DNA of 14,225 nucleotides, taken from NCBI GenBank assembly GCA_964618805.1, contig CAZUBM010000035.1:1-14225 (forward strand), read 5' to 3'. A program made the translations under genes and the position numbers. Under the pieces are notes generated by a model. The model was not told where the DNA came from and did not search any database. It saw only the letters and a program-made list of their open reading frames with translations. Positions 1-6,995 of this stretch are shown here, piece by piece. This DNA comes from an uncultured Nitrososphaerota archaeon (GTDB taxonomy: Archaea > Korarchaeota > Korarchaeia > Korarchaeales > Korarchaeaceae). Each line of letters opens with the position of its first letter. The stretch's first letter is position 1.

Positions 1-68
1 ATGAGTATGTCAGGACAAGATTGGAGAAGGATGGTTATCAAGGTATTGCCAAGCATGAGGCTGAGTAG
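1..68 (+). CDS. Possible 3' end of a gene truncated by the window edge (…EYVRTRLEKDGYQGIAKHEAE*)
   Basis: Frame 3 is open from the window start to TAG at 66-68, converging on the integrase stop at 77. Too short to identify. Confidence 0.3.
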   Translation, partial: EYVRTRLEKDGYQGIAKHEAE

Positions 69-76
69 GCTAAAGT

Positions 77-1282
77 TTATTCCTTGCGCGCTAAGAGAGT
101 TCTGGATTCCAGGATTTGCCTTACCTTCTCCTCTATCATCCTCTCGATTATCTCCGGAGTCATGATGCTTATGAATTCAGCTTTCCTCTTCTCCAGTTCC
201 ATCGCTACTTTCTCATCCAAAGGAAGCCTGCACCTTCCGCAGAAATCCGATTCAGGAGGATTCTCGTAATGGCACCTGGGACACTCTTTTGTTTTCAACT
301 CCTCTTCTTTCTTCTCCTCATCCCTCGAGAGTCTTCCGTAGATCCGTAGGATAGCACTGTCCACATCCCTACCAGAGAGATGAACGTAGGTAGAGGGCAT
401 GTCAGAACCCTGAACCCACCCAAAGTACTCGCACATCTGTGCTTCCGTTAACTTGTTCGCTAGGTGAGTGGCTCTGGAGTGCCTAAAATTGTGAGGATTT
501 ACTGGCACCTTAACCCCAGCCCTTTCTGCAAACTTCTTGAGTTTCAGCCTCACGTACTGATAACTTATCCTGCTTGCTCGCCTTCTTCTCGCTATGCTCG
601 TCCAAAGATAAGAATCCCTGTCTTCTCGATGAGGGTGGTTCTGTATCCAGCTTGATAGATGGGGAACAGAACAAACCAGCCTTATCCTTCTGGAGCCCTT
701 ACCTCCATGAACCTTGATGACTGCTCCGTAATCATCAAAGACAATGTCTTTCAACTTCAGGTTCAATAGCTCGCCTATCCTGCACCCGCTTTCGTAGAGG
801 ACAGAGATAAGGGCCTTATCCCTAATGTTTGTTGCTGCCCGGATAAGCTTCTTAATGTCTTCTTTTGTCAGTATTTCTGGCAACTCTTTGGCATTGCCCT
901 TAGTGCTCGTCCTTATCCACTTAACCTCATCGGGATATTCCTGGCTATTCCATTCAAAGCCGTGAAGCCACTGGAAGAACTTCTTAAGGGTTATTCTGTA
1001 TCCTGCTTTCGTCCACTCGCTGTAATCGCTCCTCTCTATCTTTCCAAGCAACTCCTTGATGTCATCCTTGTCCATCCTGCTAAGCCTCTTGTGAGACCAT
1101 TTGGCTGCTAGCATCTTCAACTTTTCCATGTAGAACAGCACACGAACATTGCTCAGCCCTTGAGAACAGCATTCGTCATGAAATTTAAGGATAAGTTTCT
1201 TCTCTCCTTCTGGAATCCTCTGCGAACTTCTAATGCTTTTCAGGCAAGCCTCTAACCTTTTCCTCGGTTCATGGACGTTCAT
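77..1282 (-). CDS. Tyrosine recombinase/integrase with N-terminal helical (SAM-like) domain and C-terminal double zinc ribbon
   Basis: Catalytic motifs RD…LYESGCRIGE (Arg), HNFRHSRAT (HxxR), FGW and PSTYVH (Tyr). C-terminal CPRC…CGRC. Confidence 0.95.
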   Translation of the reverse strand: MNVHEPRKRLEACLKSIRSSQRIPEGEKKLILKFHDECCSQGLSNVRVLFYMEKLKMLAAKWSHKRLSRMDKDDIKELLGKIERSDYSEWTKAGYRITLKKFFQWLHGFEWNSQEYPDEVKWIRTSTKGNAKELPEILTKEDIKKLIRAATNIRDKALISVLYESGCRIGELLNLKLKDIVFDDYGAVIKVHGGKGSRRIRLVCSVPHLSSWIQNHPHREDRDSYLWTSIARRRRASRISYQYVRLKLKKFAERAGVKVPVNPHNFRHSRATHLANKLTEAQMCEYFGWVQGSDMPSTYVHLSGRDVDSAILRIYGRLSRDEEKKEEELKTKECPRCHYENPPESDFCGRCRLPLDEKVAMELEKRKAEFISIMTPEIIERMIEEKVRQILESRTLLARKE

Positions 1283-1283
1283 C

Positions 1284-1383
1284 GTTATAACCCTTATGAG
1301 TTTGATGATATGAACAATACCCTAGGAGTTATAACTCAAGTCCGAGCGCCGGGGATGGGCATAAGAACTGGAGTTATAACTCC
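1284..1383. repeat. Three GTTATAAC palindromes at 44/45-bp spacing (candidate integrase or regulator binding sites)
   Basis: GTTATAAC at 1284-1291, 1328-1335 and 1373-1380. Copies 2 and 3 extend to GAGTTATAACTC (1326-1337) and GGAGTTATAACTCC (1370-1383). Confidence 0.8.
1346..1359 (-). other. Candidate att core resembling a tRNA 3' end
   Basis: Minus strand reads CCCAT-CCCCGGC-G-C, which fits T-stem 3' strand, acceptor 3' strand and G discriminator. It is a GC-rich island between the two long palindromes, directly upstream of the integrase. Confidence 0.45.
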
Positions 1384-1492
1384 CATGGCTGTATTCTGTT
1401 GTTCTAATATTATTTTGTCCATTGGGATATTTATACTTTCAGCCGTAGGATGATAGACACTGAGAGCCCAAGGATTGAGTTAGAGAGGGGTA

Positions 1493-1556
1493 CCCCCCGT
1501 TTAACTCTATCGGAACTTCTATCGGAACGTAAACGATATAAATTTGTTCCGCTAAA
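1493..1556. promoter_or_regulatory. Putative replication origin with ORB-like boxes next to orc1/cdc6
   Basis: Minus strand 1516-1493 reads GTTCCGATAGAGTTAAACGGGGGG (GTTCC…G-string). There is a tandem second copy of GTTCCGATAGA (1528-1518), an inverted GTTCCGCTAAA (1546-1556) and an AT-rich tract at about 1395-1440. Confidence 0.65.
1531..1543 (+). promoter_or_regulatory. Putative BRE/TATA promoter of orc1/cdc6 (leaderless)
   Basis: AAACGA-TATAAAT, with TATAAA at 1537-1542 about 25 bp upstream of ATG 1565. No SD sequence is visible. Confidence 0.5.
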
Positions 1557-1564
1557 CCTCAACT

Positions 1565-2554
1565 ATGGATGAAGAGATCATTCACAACGAGCTGCCATTA
1601 ACAGAGGTCTTTATTCCGACAAGGCTTTTCCATAGAGAAAGTCAGCTAAGGGAGTTAGAGAGATGCTTAAAACCTCTTTTACGAAACAGGATGCCAGAGA
1701 ACGTTTTCTTGGTTGGCCCTCCTGGAACTGGCAAGACTGTTTTGGCAAGATGGATCCTGGAGAGCTATTTCCGAGGTAGATCAGCCTACATCAACTGCTG
1801 GAAATACGGAAGCACCCATGAAGTGTTGAAAGAAATCTTGCTTAGTCTTGAGATACCTATTCATGGTAGGGAGCCCACTTCAGAGCTGATAAAGAGGCTG
1901 GAACGCTTATTGAGAGCAAGGAAGATATTAATCTGCTTGGACGAGGTTGATCAGCTTAAGAGGTTTGACATCCTGTACATCCTGGCGAGGGGAAACTGTG
2001 GGCTAGTCTTGATATCGAACGATTATCACGCTCTTCTGCATCTCGACGCTAGAATAAGGAGTAGGCTGGCTCTAACTGAAATACACTTTCCAGAGTACAA
2101 GCCAGAGGAACTTTTTGATATACTAGAGGATAGAGTACAGTATTCCTTTAGGCCGGGGTCCTTGCCGAAGGCTTTGATTAGGGTAACCTCTCTGCTGGCC
2201 AAGGGTGATGCGAGGATCGGGCTTGAGATTCTTAGGAGAGCTGGGAGGAAAGCGGAAGACAAAGGTTTGCGAAAGGTGACTCTGGAGGAAATTAGAGAAG
2301 CATCAAAGGAAGCGAAGAAGCTGAGGAAGTCCTACCTTCTCTCGAAGCTGAACGAACATCAAAGGATTATACACGAGATACTCGAGAAGAGAGGGAAGAT
2401 GCCATCAGGCTTGCTATACAAGGAATATTGTAAACTTGTCAAGCATCCTGTGGTTAGCAGGGCTTACAGAAACTACATGCAGAAAATGGTCAAGCTTGGG
2501 CTCGTGAAGGCTGAGGGATACGGAAGATGGAAGAGGTATGAAATCATACTGTGA
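1565..2554 (+). CDS. cdc6: Orc1/Cdc6 family replication initiator (AAA+ plus C-terminal wHTH)
   Basis: FIPTRLFHRE N-terminus, Walker A GPPGTGKT, YINC, Walker B LDEVD, ISND sensor I, DARIRSRL arginine finger, GDAR sensor II, C-terminal winged helix. Confidence 0.93.
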   Translation: MDEEIIHNELPLTEVFIPTRLFHRESQLRELERCLKPLLRNRMPENVFLVGPPGTGKTVLARWILESYFRGRSAYINCWKYGSTHEVLKEILLSLEIPIHGREPTSELIKRLERLLRARKILICLDEVDQLKRFDILYILARGNCGLVLISNDYHALLHLDARIRSRLALTEIHFPEYKPEELFDILEDRVQYSFRPGSLPKALIRVTSLLAKGDARIGLEILRRAGRKAEDKGLRKVTLEEIREASKEAKKLRKSYLLSKLNEHQRIIHEILEKRGKMPSGLLYKEYCKLVKHPVVSRAYRNYMQKMVKLGLVKAEGYGRWKRYEIIL

Positions 2555-2709
2555 ACTATCGTTTTCAGACGAACCAGAAAAACTGCGATGAGAATATCTT
2601 GTCTAGCTATCACATTGCTGATATAATAGGTTGGTGAGAGCGTCTGTGCATCATTTACATCGGTTGGCTATTTCTCCTGATGGATTGGTACACACTTGGC
2701 TAAGGAATA

Positions 2710-3426
2710 TTGAGGATGACTAGCGACATCGTGGATTTCGCTAAAGAGATGCTTGAGAAATTGGAAGAAGAAACGAGAGAAAAGGGCGGTAACAAGTACT
2801 ACACTTGGACCGAGCATCTCAATATTTGGATGAACACGTTTCTGCCTCAGCTACAAGAGCTCTCTGAATTCGAGAAATACAATTCCCTGATGGTCTTGAG
2901 ACTATCGGAGCTCCAAAATTTGATCACTTGGATTATGATCAGTGTCTGGTACGGTAAATATCATCAAGCCATTAGAGAACTCAGGTACATCCTTGATTCT
3001 ATAGGTCAGGCATACTATTTGGATATAGAGCACCCAGAAGCTACCATCTCTTGTAAGTTAGAGATCATCAAAGAGATAGAGAAACAAACATTTGGCGCTA
3101 GGTTGATTGACAGACTGGATCTAAATCATAAGCAGGAACTGAAGAATCTATATTCTGACTTATCTAAATATGCTCACAGCTCTTACCAAGAATTAGAACC
3201 CCTTATCAAAGAAGGCAGGGGTGATTGGCGCGTCACCTTTGCATTTGATGAGGACCAATTTAGTAGAACTGTCGAGCTCACCAACAAAGTGATGGATGCT
3301 GTATACTTTATCATGTTCCACCGATTCCCAAAGATCGCCAAAAGGGTCAAGAATAGTAAAAAGATCATGAAATCGATGGAAGAACTTGGATGTAAGCTCA
3401 GTTTAAGTTATCTAAGAACTATCTAA
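2710..3426 (+). CDS. All-alpha hypothetical protein, HEPN-like/DUF5677-like
   Basis: GKYHQAIRELRYILD and LYSDLSKYAHS match the R…/Y-x-x-LS-x-x-x-H pattern I associate with DUF5677/HEPN-like proteins. The start may be ATG 2716. Confidence 0.6.
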   Translation: MRMTSDIVDFAKEMLEKLEEETREKGGNKYYTWTEHLNIWMNTFLPQLQELSEFEKYNSLMVLRLSELQNLITWIMISVWYGKYHQAIRELRYILDSIGQAYYLDIEHPEATISCKLEIIKEIEKQTFGARLIDRLDLNHKQELKNLYSDLSKYAHSSYQELEPLIKEGRGDWRVTFAFDEDQFSRTVELTNKVMDAVYFIMFHRFPKIAKRVKNSKKIMKSMEELGCKLSLSYLRTI

Positions 3427-3642
3427 CCCCTCGTGCCTTCGTTAGCATAAGAACCAAGATGATCAAGCTCATTTTCTCTTGAGTGGGAAGCATACCTTTC
3501 TGTCCAATTCTGTCGCATTCTGTATAAGGCAGGCTTATAGTCGAATACGATGTACAGCAATGCTCTCCAGGAAGGCAACAGCGCACATTATGCAATATGA
3601 ACGATAAAGAAAAAGTCCTCACGGTTTTGGTGCTTCACACGT

Positions 3643-5430
3643 TCAGTGCAGTATATCATCGAACGAGTAAACATGCGTTGCCACAATCTTCTCAAGTTTC
3701 CTCTCCTTTAGGAAGTGCCTCGCCTCGATGTAATCTCTCTTCCTAACAAAGACCAGGACAAGCCTGTCACATAGTTCTATAGCCCTCAACATATTGCTTT
3801 TCCAGTCAGATTTGTACTCTACTTCCACGAAAACAAGCTCGTCGTCTTTATCAAAAGCTATGTCAACCATCTTGCCGTCCACGCTAAACTCCTTCACTGG
3901 CTCGAAGCCTTTCCTCCTGAGATACCCGTATATCTCATTAACCCAGTAAGCGTGGATGAACCCTCCCTTTCCATATGTCTCCTTGCCCTTCAGCTTCAGG
4001 AAATGGCTAGGCGCCCCCTTAGCCTTTGTCTTGAAGCTAACCTCCTCCAAAAGCCCCTTCTCAAGCAAAGACTTCCTTGCTTTTGAGAACCTCGACCTGT
4101 GCCACCCCAGATGATATGCCCTTTCTGTGTTCTGCATGAAAGGATATTCCTCCACACTTCTCAGCAACTCTAGCTCATCCTCTTTTAGTTCCTCCCTCTC
4201 ATCTATTCTTGGCATGAAACCCTTAAGCCTTTCCTCATCAACCTTCTCCAGCTCTAAATCCAAAGACCTAACTAAGAAAGGGTTGCTTGCCAACGGAGTC
4301 CTCACTACTGCTCTTCTGTTCTTTAGGCTCGTCAGAAAGCTGGCAAGATAACTCACTTCATCGACCTGCACATAGCCCAGCATGCCGGCCACAGCCCTTA
4401 TATCCTTTAGGTCCTGCAACCTGAAGATAAAGATGTTCTGCGCATTCTTCCTAATATCGTCCTCTATGTTCGAGGGGCTCTGGGATATGATGACTAAAGA
4501 TTCGCCCCTCTTCCTCAACCTCGTTGCAAAATCTGTCGTAGCCCAAGTATCGGTTACTATCGCCTTCTTCAGTATTCTGGGGACTAGCAACTGAGCCTCA
4601 TCCGCTATGAACATGTTCCTGATGGCAGAGCTTTCCTCTCTATTCAGCGCTTCCCTGAGGTATGCGGTTGCCAAACAGTTGTAGATGAGCCTGAGCTCCC
4701 TCTTGTAAGCAACCTTCTTGTCCAAGTTATGGAGGTCCACGATGAGGTTGGCATCTTTGAAAGACCCTGGTCCTATGCTAGAGCGCTTGACGAAGAATAT
4801 CCTCCTCAAGACCGGGTTATCCCTGTAGGGGTTCAGCCTAGTTAATAAAGCAGTTCTTGTCGCATCCAGGTTTCTCAGCCTGAAGGGGGTCTCAGGGTAA
4901 TGGTAGATGATGTTATCTATGAGCTCAGGTATGCTCTTGCTTCGCAGGAGGCATTTGTCCAGCAGGAAGTTCATCTGTGGGCTCAAATCTTGGTACTCAA
5001 GCTCTATGCCCTTGAAGATGGTCTCCCTGAGCAAAAGCTTCGTTAACCCCAGGTCTTCGAGCTCAAAAGGATTGACCCTCAGGTTTGTGCCCACCTCATA
5101 ATACTTAACCTCTTTCCTCAGCTTTGGTATGATGTTCTTCCATTCGCCCTCCACATCAAGGATACACAGGTTCAGCCCATTATTCTCTGCCCTGATGGCC
5201 AGGTTCATTGCAGCCCTCGTCTTTCCACTCCCCGTTACCCCATAGAAGGCAAAGTGGTAGCCGAAGTACTCTGTAGGAAGGCGGAAGAACCCACTCTTTG
5301 TATATGCAAGCTCAACCCCTTCTTTGGTTGTAGGTGGCTCGAATGCTCCGAGAAGAGGGGAATGGCAATAGAGGCAGAACTCCCTCTCAGGTGTAACTTT
5401 ACCGCAGTTGAGGCAGATGACATAGCTCAT
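3643..5430 (-). CDS. HerA/VirB4/coupling-protein-like P-loop ATPase with N-terminal zinc ribbon and C-terminal wHTH plus PD-(D/E)XK nuclease-like domain
   Basis: CLNC…CLYC; Walker A GVTGSGKT; ILDVEGEW; Walker B FIADEAQ; RLRKRG…IISQSP. C-terminal H…E…VDIAF…VEVE. GGTGA SD upstream. Confidence 0.85.
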   Translation of the reverse strand: MSYVICLNCGKVTPEREFCLYCHSPLLGAFEPPTTKEGVELAYTKSGFFRLPTEYFGYHFAFYGVTGSGKTRAAMNLAIRAENNGLNLCILDVEGEWKNIIPKLRKEVKYYEVGTNLRVNPFELEDLGLTKLLLRETIFKGIELEYQDLSPQMNFLLDKCLLRSKSIPELIDNIIYHYPETPFRLRNLDATRTALLTRLNPYRDNPVLRRIFFVKRSSIGPGSFKDANLIVDLHNLDKKVAYKRELRLIYNCLATAYLREALNREESSAIRNMFIADEAQLLVPRILKKAIVTDTWATTDFATRLRKRGESLVIISQSPSNIEDDIRKNAQNIFIFRLQDLKDIRAVAGMLGYVQVDEVSYLASFLTSLKNRRAVVRTPLASNPFLVRSLDLELEKVDEERLKGFMPRIDEREELKEDELELLRSVEEYPFMQNTERAYHLGWHRSRFSKARKSLLEKGLLEEVSFKTKAKGAPSHFLKLKGKETYGKGGFIHAYWVNEIYGYLRRKGFEPVKEFSVDGKMVDIAFDKDDELVFVEVEYKSDWKSNMLRAIELCDRLVLVFVRKRDYIEARHFLKERKLEKIVATHVYSFDDILH

Positions 5431-5434
5431 GCTC

Positions 5435-5662
5435 TCACCATATGAGCCTTTTCCAGCAGGAGTCGCATATGTTCATGAAATAGAGCTTCCCCTGCCTCCA
5501 GACTTCCCTTAACCTTATGCAATCTGGGCAAACAATCTTTTTGCATGAGTCGCACACCCTTGCACAAACTACGCATGTTCTTTTGCCACACACTGCACAT
5601 CTTGCCCTGATCTGATCCTTCCTGACCGTGGAGCCGCAGGACTCACATATCCAGAGGTCCAT
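5435..5662 (-). CDS. Small Cys-rich multi-zinc-finger protein
   Basis: 75 aa with six CxxC pairs. Overlaps the upstream ORF, and its stop lies within the GGTGA SD of the ATPase. Confidence 0.8.
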   Translation of the reverse strand: MDLWICESCGSTVRKDQIRARCAVCGKRTCVVCARVCDSCKKIVCPDCIRLREVWRQGKLYFMNICDSCWKRLIW

Positions 5663-5831
5663 ATTTATCCCTTAACTTCTTCTTGAGGCACGTTGGGCAT
5701 AGCATCTCATCGTCTATCCTTGTTAAGCAATCTTTGCAACAGAGCTTCCCGCACCTACTGCACTTCCCGCCTAGATTATCAGCAGTAATTATGTGCCCGC
5801 ATCCTGCAACGATGAACCTCAGCTTTTCCAT
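5643..5831 (-). CDS. Small Cys-rich zinc-finger protein (B-box/LIM/RING-like)
   Basis: 62 aa with CGH, CSRC, CCKDC and CPTC. GGTGG SD upstream. Operonic with its neighbours. Confidence 0.8.
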   Translation of the reverse strand: MEKLRFIVAGCGHIITADNLGGKCSRCGKLCCKDCLTRIDDEMLCPTCLKKKLRDKYGPLDM

Positions 5832-5843
5832 AATCCCACCATG

Positions 5844-6308
5844 CTATCTCAAAGAACTCATTAATGACCTCAAACGAAGTTCAAGGCACTTCAGCTTCTT
5901 GAGCACCCTATCCAGCTTTAGGTTGTCCAGCTTAGGAGGCTGGGTCTTTAGCATCTCTTTGATCATAGAGTTAGCGAGTATCAGTTCGCCCGTATCGCTG
6001 ATCTCATAAGCTTCTGAGATCGGGTTCTTGAACCAAAGTCCCTGAGCCTCGCCCCATTCGAGCAAAACTTTGAGTTTGTCAGATGGACAGTTTATCTTCA
6101 GCCTCAACTGCTGATAGCTAAGCTCGCGAGAGCTCAGCAAACCCAGCACTCTGGCAATAACCCTTTCTGTTTCCTCGGCTAGACCAGAAGGATCATGGCC
6201 ATGTTTACTCATCGCTGTCATCTTCCCAGATGTCGAGAACACTTCCGCATTTCTCGCAGAGAGGACAGCCCAGACGCCAGACGATGCCCCAGGCATTCTT
6301 GCCGTCAT
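5844..6308 (-). CDS. Winged-helix DNA-binding protein with C-terminal coiled coil
   Basis: VLGLLSSRELSYQQLRLKINCPSDKLKVLLEW…GLW…YEISDTGE wHTH pattern. GGAG upstream of 6308, although a later start (6212) is possible. Confidence 0.65.
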   Translation of the reverse strand: MTARMPGASSGVWAVLSARNAEVFSTSGKMTAMSKHGHDPSGLAEETERVIARVLGLLSSRELSYQQLRLKINCPSDKLKVLLEWGEAQGLWFKNPISEAYEISDTGELILANSMIKEMLKTQPPKLDNLKLDRVLKKLKCLELRLRSLMSSLR

Positions 6309-6660
6309 CGCTCCTGTACTCCTTGCATTTATGGCAGTAGCCTCTCATGCTTAAGTTGATGTAGAAGCAAAAGATTTGATTTATCCGAGCATGTATGGCC
6401 GTTTATGCCGAGAGCCAAAGGCTTCTATCTTTCAAGGATCTGGTATGCTTATTTCTCAATAGGGCATGCTGGATGGGAAATGGCGGTTCGTAATTTGGGG
6501 ATTAAAGAGGAATTAGGTGGGGAGGTATAAGGGGGATCAAGCGGGAGAATTCTCCACGACTGGAGGACAATCGAAAGCCTTCAAGGTCTAGCAGGATCAC
6601 CCGCTATAGAAATCTGGTCATGAAACAATCCTATCCGAGGAATTCCCTTAAGCTTTTTAC

Positions 6661-6969
6661 TCATTCTACTCTCATAGTAATTTCTGTTGGAAGTCCTGCT
6701 TTCCTGAGTTCTTCAATCCTCTTAGTGTAATCTTTTACGGAACGTTTTTTCAGGGCTTTCTGAATTTCTTTTTCGCTCTTACCGCAGGCAGAACAACCTG
6801 AAACTATCTCATACTTCTCCTTGGTTCGATAATACTTGATTTTCCTTCCAGCGGCCGCAGACTGAGAGCTTGATGCTTGGAGCATAGAGGGGTAATAAAT
6901 TGCATTTACAGTCTTTTTCCCGCAAAATGGACATTCAATCTTAATCACTTCGGGCTTTACATATGTCAT
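6661..6969 (-). CDS. Zinc-ribbon hypothetical protein
   Basis: CPFCGK…CSACGK, basic C-terminus, GGTGA SD. Starts 26 bp downstream of the REase stop. Confidence 0.8.
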   Translation of the reverse strand: MTYVKPEVIKIECPFCGKKTVNAIYYPSMLQASSSQSAAAGRKIKYYRTKEKYEIVSGCSACGKSEKEIQKALKKRSVKDYTKRIEELRKAGLPTEITMRVE

Positions 6970-6995
6970 GGCGTTCTTCTCACCTTACTTTTTTC

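Noticed and set aside
100-165. Avoidance of GANTC sites as support for the RM specificity
   Set aside because: Sites are readily found (GATTC 105-109, GAGTC 157-161). No depletion can be claimed without a full count.
84-655. Plus-strand ORFs 84-269, 116-349 and 464-655
   Set aside because: Antisense shadows of the integrase with no motifs.
1354-1381. Xer dif site (GATGGGCATAA resembles the E. coli XerC arm)
   Set aside because: There is no matching right arm at 6-bp spacing; the next TTAT is 9 bp away.
1284-1383. Mini-CRISPR or TIGR-like array (13-bp repeat with a 32-bp spacer)
   Set aside because: The repeats are only 8-14 bp, there are three copies, they are loopless palindromes, and no cas or tas gene is present. 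Protein-binding sites fit better.
1340-1440. Complete tRNA gene
   Set aside because: Only a 3'-end-like 14-mer is present. There is no D arm, anticodon arm or 5' acceptor strand.
1271-1453. 60-aa plus-strand ORF
   Set aside because: Overlaps the integrase start and runs across the palindrome/att region. Its GVIT repeats merely reflect the DNA palindromes.
3419-3622. 67-aa minus-strand ORF after the ATPase
   Set aside because: Non-ATG start, no clear SD or motif, and it overlaps the convergent gene's end. Not supportable.
3643-6308. Complete conjugative T4SS or provirus
   Set aside because: No VirB6-like membrane proteins, pilin, capsid or portal gene is recognisable in the window.
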